In this document: positions 30,744 through 41,381 of the stretch, one piece after another
Numbering within the stretch: the stretch's first letter is position 1
Layout of the letters: every line of letters begins with the position of its first letter
Source: a virus
Lineage: Duplodnaviria; Caudoviricetes
Direction: 5' to 3' (one strand)
Length of the DNA stretch: 64,000 nucleotides
IMG/VR virus record: IMGVR_UViG_3300010261_000001
Location: 6,378-70,377 of that record
Position numbers and translations under genes: made by a program
The notes under the pieces: model-generated
The model's database searches: none
Seen by the model: the letters and a program-made list of their open reading frames with translations, nothing else
Told to the model about the DNA's origin: nothing

Positions 30744-31242
30744 ATCTGCCTGTACTTCCAAAGCCTTTAGTATTCCTTTCTGTTTCGCTCAATTCATCTA
30801 CAAATTCCAACTCTGGCTGTTCATATGGAATAATAATCATCTGTGCTACTCTATCACCTTTCTTGATGGTGTAGGGTTCTTTGCCTTCGTTGATAAGTCT
30901 TATGCCTATGTCGCCCCTGTAATCTTCGTCTATAATGCCTACATCATTTATCAGGCTTATTTGTCGTTTGTAACTTAGTCCCGACCTTGCTACTACCATT
31001 CCAAAACGTCTGTGTGGTATTTCTACTGCTAGTTTAGATTTAATGTCCACGATATCCCCTGGATTAATTGTTACTTCCTCATTTGCTCTTAGGTCCAATC
31101 CCGCTGCATACTCATTTGCATATGATGGTTTTTCACCTTTGCACACCACTTTCATTTCATGGTTACGTTTAATGTTTCTAATTAATAAAACAAAGTTAAT
31201 ACATATTAAAATCAATATTACTATCTCGACAAAAGTTATCAT
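30742..31242 (-). CDS. dut: Trimeric dUTPase
   Basis: AAGLDL, RSG, GIIDEDYRG, GDRVAQ, RNTKGFGSTG. Confidence 0.95.
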   Translation of the reverse strand: MITFVEIVILILICINFVLLIRNIKRNHEMKVVCKGEKPSYANEYAAGLDLRANEEVTINPGDIVDIKSKLAVEIPHRRFGMVVARSGLSYKRQISLINDVGIIDEDYRGDIGIRLINEGKEPYTIKKGDRVAQMIIIPYEQPELEFVDELSETERNTKGFGSTGR

Positions 31243-32556
31243 TCAAAATCTTCCTCCTTTAAATCAACCACATATAATAGATGACTCCCTGCTTTAAATT
31301 CTGGGCAATCTTTACTTCTCCCTCGACCATGTTTTTCGATATATTCAAGATTATAAGGTTCTATTTCTGTGCCTTTTTCTTCAAGACAAAGCATACAAGA
31401 ATCTTCAAAATAATGTATGCATTTATGGTCCATACAAAATGAATTTGTATATGTTGCCTTCATGCTCAAAACCTCCTATTTCCTTTTTACGCGTTCTAAT
31501 ATTCTTATTAATGTAATTACTACTATTGCTATAATTAGTCCATCTATAAATGTCATATTGCCTCCTAATTTACCATTTTATATAGTTCTCTCTTAGTTTC
31601 TGTTGGTATTATTTCTCCTATAGTTATAAATCCTTTTTCATCATTTTCTTTATCTCTTGTAAAAAGCCTGATTAGTTTTTTAATCCAACTTTTTACCCTG
31701 GATAACATTTTTATTCCTCCTGTTCTTCTATTTTTATATTTCTCACGCCTTCAAAATAGCCTTTAAGGTATTTTTCTACATCACTTTCAAATGATGTCAA
31801 TAATTCGTTTATTTCATCTGACCCACATGTACCACTATCAAAGTCGAATGTTAACTGTATTTTAACGTTGTTTCTATTCTGCTCTCTTATTGCTTGGCAT
31901 ACATCTTCGCAATGTTCTTTGTATTGACAGTAGTCGCAACACTCTTCACAAAGTTTACTTCCAATATATTTGTTATAAGCTATTTTAACTTTGCAATAAG
32001 CCGCTGATTCTTGGTCGCATTTATCCATTTTTTATTCCTCCTTTATGTTGTTTTTGATGATTTCTGCCAATCTCTGTAACCTCTTGTCTCCGAATCCAAA
32101 CTCGGACCTAAGCCCATCTTCTGTAGCTTTTAATCCCGCCATAATTCCTTTTAAAAATATTTGTTTTTCATACTCTCTTAATACTGTTGGATCAACCTTT
32201 GCTAATTGCCTTTGTGCATATCTTTTTTGTTGCCTACTCACGCTTACCAACCTTCTTTTCTAGTTCATCTACTCGTTTTGTTAATTCTTCAATTTTCTTA
32301 GTGCTTGTACATTTATTAATGTTTTCTTCTATTTCATCTATTCGTGACATTAAGCCTTCTATAGCGTCTATGTTAGAGTTTTTAATGCTGGTTTGGATGT
32401 AATCTTTTAATAGTGGTTTCAATGTTCCAAAATACCCTACATTGACCCATATTTCATTGCCTTTGTTTTTCCCTGATTGAGCTATTCTCTTTTCTTCTAA
32501 AATAAAGTTTAATGGATCAGTTGTGATTCTATAATTTTCATCTAATTGAATATTCA

Positions 32557-32967
32557 TTATTTTACCTCCTCTAACAATTCTGGATTTTCGTATATGCTGC
32601 CTATAACTTCTCCTTTCAAAAAGTCATATATAGGATATTCTGGTTCGTGTGTTGGCTCTTTTCCCATAAAACAACCATTGACATATACTACTTCTGCCAA
32701 TATATATTCATCTTCGGCTACCTTATCCCTTATAATATCTCCTTCGTAAATCTCCTTGCCATTCTTATCTTTAAGCCCTGTGTATTGCATTACAATTAAA
32801 TCGTAACTATCCATTCCACTTGGCCCAACATTTCCAGCCATTAGTCCATATTCTTTAGTTATACAGTGCCAATTGGCCCTGAGCTCATTTTCGCTATACT
32901 CCACCTCTTCGCCATAATACATATGTTTTATTACGTCATCCCAAAATCTAAATTTAATCTCTCTCAC
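32557..32967 (-). CDS. YopX family protein
   Basis: MREIKFRFWD, MQYTGLKDKNGKEIYEGDI. Confidence 0.9.
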   Translation of the reverse strand: MREIKFRFWDDVIKHMYYGEEVEYSENELRANWHCITKEYGLMAGNVGPSGMDSYDLIVMQYTGLKDKNGKEIYEGDIIRDKVAEDEYILAEVVYVNGCFMGKEPTHEPEYPIYDFLKGEVIGSIYENPELLEEVK

Positions 32968-33351
32968 TTACTCTACCTCCCTAAGTTTTATTTCCATTCT
33001 CTCTTCTTTCTGACTCTTGCATGGTTTCTTTTCTCCTATAGCCCTAACTACTTGTCTATCATCGTCATATGCTATTTTGTTTAGTGAGTCCATTGCTGTT
33101 TTAATATAGTTGTCTACGTCTCCATCCATTCCCATAGGAGTTGTTTTCCCATGAAGGTATACTGTTACACCTATTTCTATATTTCCGTTCAGTTTAGGAC
33201 CTTTTTTAGCTTTATAGGACCATGCTACTGTGGATTTATAATCCATATATCTCTGTGCATTCTTTTTTACGTATTTACCTCGTTGAGTCATTCTTACATA
33301 TGGTATTGGTCTACCAGGTACTACTATCTTTGTTTCTGTAATTATCCCCAC
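32968..33351 (-). CDS. rusA: RusA Holliday junction resolvase
   Basis: DVDNYIK..DSL...YDDDRQV. Confidence 0.9.
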   Translation of the reverse strand: MGIITETKIVVPGRPIPYVRMTQRGKYVKKNAQRYMDYKSTVAWSYKAKKGPKLNGNIEIGVTVYLHGKTTPMGMDGDVDNYIKTAMDSLNKIAYDDDRQVVRAIGEKKPCKSQKEERMEIKLREVE

Positions 33352-33511
33352 CTCCCATTGCCTTTCATCCTACCGATTGCCTGTGTTACATAGTCGAGAT
33401 ATTGGCATTCCTCCTTATCTCTTGTTTTGGATTCAGCTTTCCATTCCTTATAGTCTTTGCATTGACTGTGACAATATAGTTTTCTTTCTTCACACCTGTA
33501 ACATGGATTTT

Positions 33512-33856
33512 TCATTTATCTTTCACCTCTTTGTCCAATAGTGGTGGTATTAGCGTTGCACCTTGAAATTCTATTAAGCAACTTGTACAATAATAAACGG
33601 TTTTTACGTTATTATTTATACAAGATGTTACTGTGTTACTTGGTTTGCCACATATAGGGCAACAAAGGACTTCCCTTTTATTTTTCTTTGGCTTCCTAAA
33701 TCCATACTTTTTCTTTTCTTTCTGTATTTGATAATATCTTGTCTCTATTGCTCTTGGAGTTCTGCCTAGCTTAATTGCTATTGGTTCTTTTCCTAATTCT
33801 TTGTAGTTGTCCATGACGAATTTTTCTTCTTCGTCTGTCCAATTGCGAAGAGCCAC
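33512..33856 (-). CDS. HTH plus Zn-ribbon protein
   Basis: WTDEEEKF..IAIKLGRT; CxxC pairs. Confidence 0.6.
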   Translation of the reverse strand: MALRNWTDEEEKFVMDNYKELGKEPIAIKLGRTPRAIETRYYQIQKEKKKYGFRKPKKNKREVLCCPICGKPSNTVTSCINNNVKTVYYCTSCLIEFQGATLIPPLLDKEVKDK

Positions 33857-33871
33857 ATTATATCCTCCTTC

Positions 33872-34303
33872 CTAAAAAGGTATATCCGAATCATCTACTG
33901 GCATAAATCCATCTGGTATAGAATTGTCTTGTCCACTATTGCCTTGTTGCTTGTCTCCCCATTCTAAAAACTCTACATTACTTGCAACCACCTCTGTTGT
34001 ATACACCCTTGTCCCATCATCTTTGGTGTAACTGCCTGTTTGAATCCTGCCTTGTACTCCTATTAATCTACCTTTTGCTAAATAAGTAGCACATGATTCG
34101 CCCATCTTTCCCCAAACTGTGATATTGATAAAATCTGCTGTTTGCCATCCTTTGCTTTCTGCTTCTTGTTTCTTTTCTTTTGATAATCCTCTGTCTACTG
34201 CTAGATTGAATCTGCATAATGGTGTTCCGTTGCCTGGTAAAAATCTAAGTTCAGGGTCTCTAGTTAATCTCCCTATAAGCACTACTGAATTCATAATTAA
34301 CAT
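33872..34303 (-). CDS. ssb: Single-stranded DNA-binding protein
   Basis: MNSVVLIGRLTRDPEL...DIPF. Confidence 0.95.
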   Translation of the reverse strand: MLIMNSVVLIGRLTRDPELRFLPGNGTPLCRFNLAVDRGLSKEKKQEAESKGWQTADFINITVWGKMGESCATYLAKGRLIGVQGRIQTGSYTKDDGTRVYTTEVVASNVEFLEWGDKQQGNSGQDNSIPDGFMPVDDSDIPF

Positions 34304-35563
34304 TCCTCCTGTTTCTCTAATATTTTTAATATTTCTTCATCTTTTCCATTGATAATTATTTCTACTAAAATGTTTATGGCTTCTCTATCCGTAATATTGA
34401 ATTTATCTCTTAATTCTCTACCTAAAGCCTTAAAATCTTTTGCAACAAATCCATTGGCTATTACTGTTTTCATTTTGTTTCGATATTCTCTTATATCTGC
34501 TATTGTTAGTTTCATCTAACATTCCTCCTTTAAGCTGTTTTCTATCGTTTTATTTAGGAGCCAATTCATTCTAACAATCGCTAAAGCCGCTTCTGATGAA
34601 GCAATGTTTTTCACCAGCATCTGATTGTTGTTATCATCTATGAAAGTTCCTATAAACCTATCAAATTCCTCTGTTGTACCATCTTTATGAACTAAAATTA
34701 CCTTCTTAACATCTGCCATTGTTTAATTCCTCCTTTGAATACTTTTCTCCACAGAATGGGCAATACTCTGTCATTAAATATTCTGTTTTTTTAATTTTTA
34801 CTTCTTTTCCTTTTTTATTTAGCTTAGTACCTTCAATATTTATTGGTATTACAAGCCTAGCTTTGCCATCCTTGAAACCTATCATCTTATTTAGGAAATA
34901 CGTATATTTTATTTTTACATCTTTATAATCTTCATTTTTTAGAGATAATTCTTCTTTAAATCTCTTTTCTGTAGTTAATATACATTTACACATTTTTGCA
35001 TTCCTCCAGTTCTTTAATTTCATATTTGCAAGTTACAAATAACACCTTGGGTTCACGTTCTTTTTTTAATTCCTTAGCAAAATCTATCGCTCTTTCCCTT
35101 GAATAGAATTTAACCGCTTCTGAAATATCATCTGTTGCATCTTCGTATACGCTTCTATGAATATAACCTTCGTCGATTTTTACGGTATAAAATTTATCCA
35201 CAATCTATTCATCCTTAATAATTTTCTTGATGTATTCTTTTATTTTCAGTAAATCATCTAAGCCTAGTTCGCTAATTCTGATTGTTTCGCTTATATCGCA
35301 TTTTAGCTGTTTTTCTTCTTCTATTCTTTTTATTATGCTGTCATAAGTTTCTTTGTCTGGATAAGCTTTGTAATAGCAAGTAAAGCCTTCGCTTATTCCC
35401 GTTCTTTTATCGAATCTAAGCTCTGTTCCTCTATCGAAAGTCTTTACATAAAAACTTTTTGTATTTACTTTTGTTATCTCACCTTCAAAGGTTGTCGCTG
35501 TTCTATTCACAAACCTATCATGCATTGCGATAAATATTTTTTGCCCTTCTTTTACCGAAAACT

Positions 35564-36229
35564 TCATTCAATCCCTCCAATAATCTCTTTCACATCTGCT
35601 AATACTTCTTCAATGCTTCTGTTTGCATCTACTACATAATCACATTTGCATTTAGAAAAGATTTTTGCATCTTTCGTTAGTCTACTTTCAGTTTCTTCCC
35701 ATATTTCGTATTTGGCTCTTTGCAATTCAATCAATTTCCCCGCATTGAGAATAGACACATAATTAGGAACACCTCTACTTTCGTATGCTCTGTCACTCAA
35801 CCTACTAGCTCTAACTCCTTCATCTGCCATCAGGAATATTGTTACTACCTCTGCATCTTTGACGTTCCTTTTAACTTGTTCTGCTCCATCTGGATCTACT
35901 ACATATATGCTTGTGCCTTTGCCTTGGTATTGTTCTTTGGTTGCAAAATACACTTCGCCTTTAGAATAGTCATTGAAGAAAGCTATCATTTCACCTTTTT
36001 CACCTTCGTAAGCCTTTAGTATTTGGGTTCCCTCGCTGTCATACCCTGTAATCGCACCTTCTTTCTCTACCAATTTATCTATAAAAGTATGTCCCCACTC
36101 TCCCTCATATCTCGGTGGTCTTGTAGTGTAGCTATGAATTATGTTATAGCCTAGCTTTTCTAATTCTTTGGCAATGGTGGTTTTTCCACTGCCACTTGGA
36201 CCTACTATGTTGAAAATTCTATCTTTCAT
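35564..36229 (-). CDS. Guanylate-kinase-like NMP kinase
   Basis: GPSGSGKT, SYTTRPPR. Confidence 0.8.
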   Translation of the reverse strand: MKDRIFNIVGPSGSGKTTIAKELEKLGYNIIHSYTTRPPRYEGEWGHTFIDKLVEKEGAITGYDSEGTQILKAYEGEKGEMIAFFNDYSKGEVYFATKEQYQGKGTSIYVVDPDGAEQVKRNVKDAEVVTIFLMADEGVRASRLSDRAYESRGVPNYVSILNAGKLIELQRAKYEIWEETESRLTKDAKIFSKCKCDYVVDANRSIEEVLADVKEIIGGIE

Positions 36230-36239
36230 GGTCTTCCTC

Positions 36240-36659
36240 CTAATAAAATTTGTCTCCCATCAGTCTTTTGATGATGTTTTCTTTTCTATAATAAACACTG
36301 TCGCCTGTTATATGTGCCGGTAGCTTTTTAACTAATAACCACGATTGCCTTGGTTCTATACCTAATATTTCTATCAGTTCTTCTTCCGTGTATAGATTCT
36401 TGTCTAATACTGTATATAGAGTGTTTTGTAATTCTTTTTTTAGTTTCAGATCTAATTCATCACCATTTTTCCCATGCACCCCATAATCTCCATGGTGACA
36501 GTTCCAACATAAAAACTTAACTGAATATTTGTTTTCACAAAGCTTTCTTTTTCCTTTCCCTCCGATTACATGATGGTGTTGCAATAAGTAGTTACCTTTA
36601 CATACTTCGCAAACACCGCCTGACCTCTTTTGTACTGCTTGTACTATTTTCTTATCCAT
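36240..36659 (-). CDS. HNH endonuclease-like protein
   Basis: CEVC, QHHH, LCWNCH. Confidence 0.7.
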   Translation of the reverse strand: MDKKIVQAVQKRSGGVCEVCKGNYLLQHHHVIGGKGKRKLCENKYSVKFLCWNCHHGDYGVHGKNGDELDLKLKKELQNTLYTVLDKNLYTEEELIEILGIEPRQSWLLVKKLPAHITGDSVYYRKENIIKRLMGDKFY

Positions 36660-37176
36660 TATTGCCTCCTATACTTCACTTTGTATCCTTAGTATGCTTT
36701 GTAATGCCCCTATTTGTATTTGTATAGCCTTCATACTATCTCTTGCAGCTATATATGTTTCTTTTGCCAAGTCCCTTTCGTATCGTAAGTCTGCTAAATT
36801 CCCTCTTGCTACATCCTCTATAAGTCCAACTGGCATACCTTCATCTCTTAGTTTTATCTTTTCTGCCGCTAATGATACTCTATAATCTCTTTCTTTTTCT
36901 GCCATTACCTTTGCCAGTTTGAATATTTCTTCGCTTGCTTTTTCTAGCCTTTTACTGCCTTGATATAATTCTTTAGTTATGCTTGTAAGTTCCATTTAAT
37001 CACCTATACCTATTCTTCATCTAATGCCTCTATAACTCTTTCTATTGCTATATTCTTTTCTTCAACAAATTTATCAAAGTCACTCTTAGGTTCTTTCAAG
37101 TTCATCATTTTTCTATCTAGATTAACCCACGCTTTCAGTATTGATATAGCCTTGTCAAGTTCCACATTATCCCTCC

Positions 37177-37893
37177 TTAAAACATTGTTGTTTGCCTATC
37201 TTCCCAGTAAAATTTTTCTTCTAATTCCTGTATGCTGTAATCACTTCTGAATTTTCTTCCAAACTGTTTTATGCTTCTAAAGTCATATTCTTTCATCTTT
37301 TGCCAAAGTTCATGATAATCTCTGTATATTACTTTTAGTTCCCCTAATCGTTGTAATGGACATAGATAGCAACTTACTCTGTCTAATTTCTCATACAGTC
37401 CATTCCAATCAAAGCCTTTACTATAGCAATACTCTAAACAGTCTCTTTCTGTCATTCCCCATTCAATTAAAGGATGCTTAATATTTCTTCCATCTTTATT
37501 TTTCTTTGCCCTATGTGATTCATCTAGTGCTATGCCATGATATTCTGTTACTTCTTCATATTTGCTTAGGTACTGACTTATTAATTGCTTTTTAAGTGCT
37601 TGAGTGCACCATCTGTTTCTAAAATCAGGCCATGAGTATCCTTTTTTACCTTTGTTTTTACCTTTCGTTTTCTCATATTCAAACATTAGATATTCAAAGC
37701 TGTACTGACTTTTTAATACTGTTATTTTTCTGCCGACCATCTTCTCGACCTCGGCAATATGGTCGTACATCTCTGGAAATTCTACTCCTGTGTCACCAAA
37801 TATTATTTCATCTATTTGCATATCTTCTTCTAATATTCTTAGTAATAATGCTGTACTGTCTTTGCCACCTGAAAAACTAACTATATGTTTCAC
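37177..37893 (-). CDS. PAPS reductase family (PP-loop) protein
   Basis: KHIVSFSGGKDS, RWCT, RVSCYLCP; GTG start at 37893. Confidence 0.85.
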   Translation of the reverse strand: MKHIVSFSGGKDSTALLLRILEEDMQIDEIIFGDTGVEFPEMYDHIAEVEKMVGRKITVLKSQYSFEYLMFEYEKTKGKNKGKKGYSWPDFRNRWCTQALKKQLISQYLSKYEEVTEYHGIALDESHRAKKNKDGRNIKHPLIEWGMTERDCLEYCYSKGFDWNGLYEKLDRVSCYLCPLQRLGELKVIYRDYHELWQKMKEYDFRSIKQFGRKFRSDYSIQELEEKFYWEDRQTTMF

Positions 37894-38115
37894 CTTTCCA
37901 CCCACTCAAGATATATTTCATCTCGAATAGGTAATTGCAAAGCCTACCCATCCCCTTAGGAACGACCTAAGAGAGCAAGTCATATGCAATTTTGCACTTC
38001 GTTTCTACAGCTAAAACGCCTTTTAATAGGTCGTGAACCTAATTGAATAGACGATATATTCTCGGGCTTGTAACCTGCTTTAGCAGGATTGGAAAGGTAT
38101 CGGTTTGAGTTTCAA
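37887..38115. mobile_element. 222-bp non-coding structured insertion with 6-bp direct repeat
   Basis: GTTTCA at 37887 and 38109; CCTTTCCA/TGGAAAGG inverted repeat; removal restores RBS-TTG AAA CAT. Confidence 0.55.
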
Positions 38116-38116
38116 A

Positions 38117-38479
38117 TTATCCCTCCTTGCTTTTATCTTCTAAACTTAACATTTCTTTATTGTCTTGTAACATTGACAAGCGTTCCTCTCTTTTTTTTCT
38201 GCATATTTCTTCAAGCTGTGCTTCTGTATACTTGTCTGTCCTTTGCTTAAAGTTATGGAAGCCTGTCTTTTTAGCTGTTTTAATTCCTCTTATATCTGCT
38301 ATGGTAGGAGGATATGGACTTTCCATAATATGCTTTTCAGCTGCTATCAGTGCATCTTCTGTTCTTATATCTTTTAATGATTGGTACCATAGCTTAACTG
38401 TTTGTTCATTAACTTCTTTCATGTTTGGATAAGCTACCGACAACATTGCTAGTAACTTGATTACTTCTGGCTTAGTCAA
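38117..38479 (-). CDS. Helicase loader/inhibitor (G39P-like N-terminus)
   Basis: VIKLLAMLSVAYP...PPTIADI; follows replisome organizer. Confidence 0.7.
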   Translation of the reverse strand: MTKPEVIKLLAMLSVAYPNMKEVNEQTVKLWYQSLKDIRTEDALIAAEKHIMESPYPPTIADIRGIKTAKKTGFHNFKQRTDKYTEAQLEEICRKKREERLSMLQDNKEMLSLEDKSKEG

Positions 38480-39473
38480 TCAATCCACCCTCTTCCTCCG
38501 CTAGTGCTTCTTGATACATTTCCTCTAGCTTGGATAAGTTTTTATTCTGCTTAGGTTTTTTCTCTCCAGCCCTTCTAAGTTCTAATGTGTCCCATTGCTT
38601 CCTTAATTTCTGTGGACTTCTGATGTTGCTACACCAGAATGTATCGTTTTGAGCCCATCTAAATAACTCTGCTATTGCTCTTGGAGTTCGCTTGTCCAAT
38701 CTAATCATCCAGTCAATATGCTTGGCCCAGTCTTGCAGGCTTTTGACATCATTTTTTGGAACTCTGCTGTCAGGTTTAACCCTTAACATTTCACTTATCA
38801 TAAATCTTGCTAATGCTATTTCTGTAGAATCTTCTTCAAATTTAAGTTTTATTTCAGTTGACTTTTCATCGTTGCTACTTTGTTGCAACATGTCTTTATC
38901 TTCTTTATCTATATCTTTATCTGTATCTATATCTTTATCTGTATCTGTATCTATCTCTATATCTATATCTGTGTTACTTTTTATTACTTCGTCGTTACCT
39001 TCTGTTACATCAGTGTTACTTTGTAACATTTCTTTATTTTCTTCGCTTTCTAGGGCTTTTTTCTGTCTATGCTTTCTTACTCTCTTAGCCGAATCTGTTT
39101 CAGAACCTATCATATTTTGAGTTTCAATCATAAATAAAGTTCCATCATCCCAAACCTCCATTAAATCTAACTTTGCAAATAAATCTATTGCCACTCTAAC
39201 TGTGTCTATATCTGTTCCTGTAATTGCTGATAACATTTCAGGAGTGTAAGGAATTATATTTCTAAATTTTAATTTGCCTTCTGTGCTAATTGATTTTAAT
39301 AATAGTTTTAAGTAGAAAATTATATAATCTTTTCCGTTTGGCATATTCTCTATAACTTTGACTTCTTCTCTCTCGAAGAAGTTTTCATTTAGTTTTAGCC
39401 AATAGTATCTTTTAGCCAATTTATCACCTACTTTACAATCTCCGCTATTGCTTTTGTTTTCCCAAAGTCCCAC
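38472..39473 (-). CDS. Phage replisome organizer (lytic initiator) with internal ori
   Basis: KRYYWLKLNENFF N-terminus; GTTAC repeats at about 38971-39025; DID repeats. Confidence 0.88.
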   Translation of the reverse strand: MGLWENKSNSGDCKVGDKLAKRYYWLKLNENFFEREEVKVIENMPNGKDYIIFYLKLLLKSISTEGKLKFRNIIPYTPEMLSAITGTDIDTVRVAIDLFAKLDLMEVWDDGTLFMIETQNMIGSETDSAKRVRKHRQKKALESEENKEMLQSNTDVTEGNDEVIKSNTDIDIEIDTDTDKDIDTDKDIDKEDKDMLQQSSNDEKSTEIKLKFEEDSTEIALARFMISEMLRVKPDSRVPKNDVKSLQDWAKHIDWMIRLDKRTPRAIAELFRWAQNDTFWCSNIRSPQKLRKQWDTLELRRAGEKKPKQNKNLSKLEEMYQEALAEEEGGLID

Positions 39474-40075
39474 AAACTTTTGTGTGGTTCGTTCTGCTTA
39501 AAATCTCCCCAGAAGAAATCTATCTTATTGCCTTTTACTGCTCCACCTGTGTCAATTGCGTTGTAAATGCCATTGTATTTGCTATATCCTTTCTCTGTAA
39601 AAGTTAGCCTTACTTTACTACCCAGTGGTATTACTTTAGGGTCTACTGCTATAGCCCTGGCTGTTTTCCATGTATGTCCTACTAGACTAACTCCGCTAGC
39701 TGTTATTCCATAGCCTTTACTACCTACTGGCTTGCCGCAACTTTGGACCGATAAGTCGTAACAGGTAACAACAAATTCGCCTAAACTCCTTGATACATTT
39801 CCTCTAGATGTTGTAGTTTTTATCTTTTCTTTCAGTTTCTTAGATTCTGATTGATACTCAACGATAGATTCTTTTAACTCCTTATTTTCTGCTTTTAATT
39901 CGCTATTCTCTGTTTTCAGTTCTTCTAGCTTACTTTCCAGTTGCTCGTTTTCCTTTGCTAGTTCTTCATAACCTACTTTGAATTCATTAATTATAGTTTT
40001 CATTCCAGCTATAGCTGTTAGAAGAATCACAAAATATAGCAATATTACTGCTCTTTCTCTTTTCATCATCAGCAC
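39428..40075 (-). CDS. 3D-domain cell-wall protein with TM and coiled coil
   Basis: GITASG, IAVDPKVIPLGS, AIDTGGAVKGNKIDFF. Confidence 0.85.
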   Translation of the reverse strand: MLMMKRERAVILLYFVILLTAIAGMKTIINEFKVGYEELAKENEQLESKLEELKTENSELKAENKELKESIVEYQSESKKLKEKIKTTTSRGNVSRSLGEFVVTCYDLSVQSCGKPVGSKGYGITASGVSLVGHTWKTARAIAVDPKVIPLGSKVRLTFTEKGYSKYNGIYNAIDTGGAVKGNKIDFFWGDFKQNEPHKSLWDFGKTKAIAEIVK

Positions 40076-40940
40076 CTTCTCTCGTACTTTTAATGGTTAT
40101 CGTTCTTGTATGCCCAAGGATGGTCTTTGTGGTAATGGATTCTCTTTCCTCTGCCCTCTAAATCTGTAACCACTCCTTCATTTGCATAAGCCCAACCAAA
40201 GGTGTCGCAAGCATATATTGGATATTCGGTTTCCTGTTCTCCATTTTTACATTCGGGGCAAGTATCGTATTTGGCCCCATTATAATTACCAAACCAAATT
40301 AATCCACAACGACTACAACAATACTCTCTAAATGGCATTTTCATTCTCCTTTATTCGCTCGTTATAATCTTCTATTACTTTAAAGAATTCACTAGCTTTT
40401 ATTTCTGTTAGTTTATCCTTAGGCTTAAATTCCCCATCTGCATTAAATGAACAATAAACAACTCCATCTATTTCAAATAATCTTGATTGCATCCGACCTC
40501 CCCAATATATGCCAAAATATAATGGAACCATTGGTCTAGATATGACTTGAACTTCATTTGCTTCTAACGTTCTAACCCACGCTCTATTGATTTTAGAATT
40601 AGCTCTAAACCTATATAGACCATCTTTAGGTTTACATAATTGATTGCTAAATTTTTCTTTATCTTCTTCGGTTGGAACAATGTGAATATAATTGTTATTT
40701 GCATAATATTCTTTTGCGGTTATACCATGTGTTTCAAATAACTGTATTGCCAATTTCCTAACTTTTTTAGCACTCTCTAAATGTTCTAAATAATCTTTTC
40801 TTAATTTCGAACCTTCCTCTGCAATATAAAACTTTTCCATTAATCTTCCCCCTTACTATTCCTTTGTATATCTAGCCACATTCCTACACTAAACATCCAG
40901 ATGAATAATCCTAACGAGAATAAACTCATTATTTGACCTC

Positions 40941-41330
40941 CTAATCGTTGCTTGTAAATTTTACAGGTTTAATCATTTCGGGTAAGAAGTTTACTTCATA
41001 GTGGTATTTGTCTACATTTGCACCACCTACATCTTCCACTACCCATAAGGTCCATTCTGTTAATCCTACGGAATGTTTTTTATATTCGTTTGGCCCAGTT
41101 TCTACTGTTGCAATTATTCGGTTGTTTTGCAGTTCAAAAGAAAATGCTCCAATTAGTTCAAACATAGGTTTGTCTGTTCTTGCGTTTAAGACTGTTAATC
41201 TTCTTATCACATTGAAATTATCTGCTTCTTTCGATACGTTGTACGATACTCTTTCTGCTTGTCTACAGCTTGTAAGTGTCACTATCAACACAATTGAAAA
41301 TATAATTAATACTATTTTTTTATTTTTCAT
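40941..41330 (-). CDS. Conserved phage lipoprotein
   Basis: Lipobox LTS-C; SYNVSKEADNFNVIRR family. Confidence 0.75.
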   Translation of the reverse strand: MKNKKIVLIIFSIVLIVTLTSCRQAERVSYNVSKEADNFNVIRRLTVLNARTDKPMFELIGAFSFELQNNRIIATVETGPNEYKKHSVGLTEWTLWVVEDVGGANVDKYHYEVNFLPEMIKPVKFTSND

Positions 41331-41381
41331 TTTACATCCTCCTTTTAATATGGAAACATTACAAAATCTATCTCTGACCTC

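Noticed and set aside
37980-37990. TCATATGCAAT identical to one arm of dif-like site 2
   Set aside because: No partner arm at 6-bp spacing; likely coincidence
37893-38114. Group I or II intron identity for the insert
   Set aside because: U-before/G-at-end and a possible P1 exist, but no P7 (AAGAUAUAGUC-like) or domain V motif is visible
38895-38970. ATCT-rich tandem repeats
   Set aside because: Usual DID linker of replisome organizers
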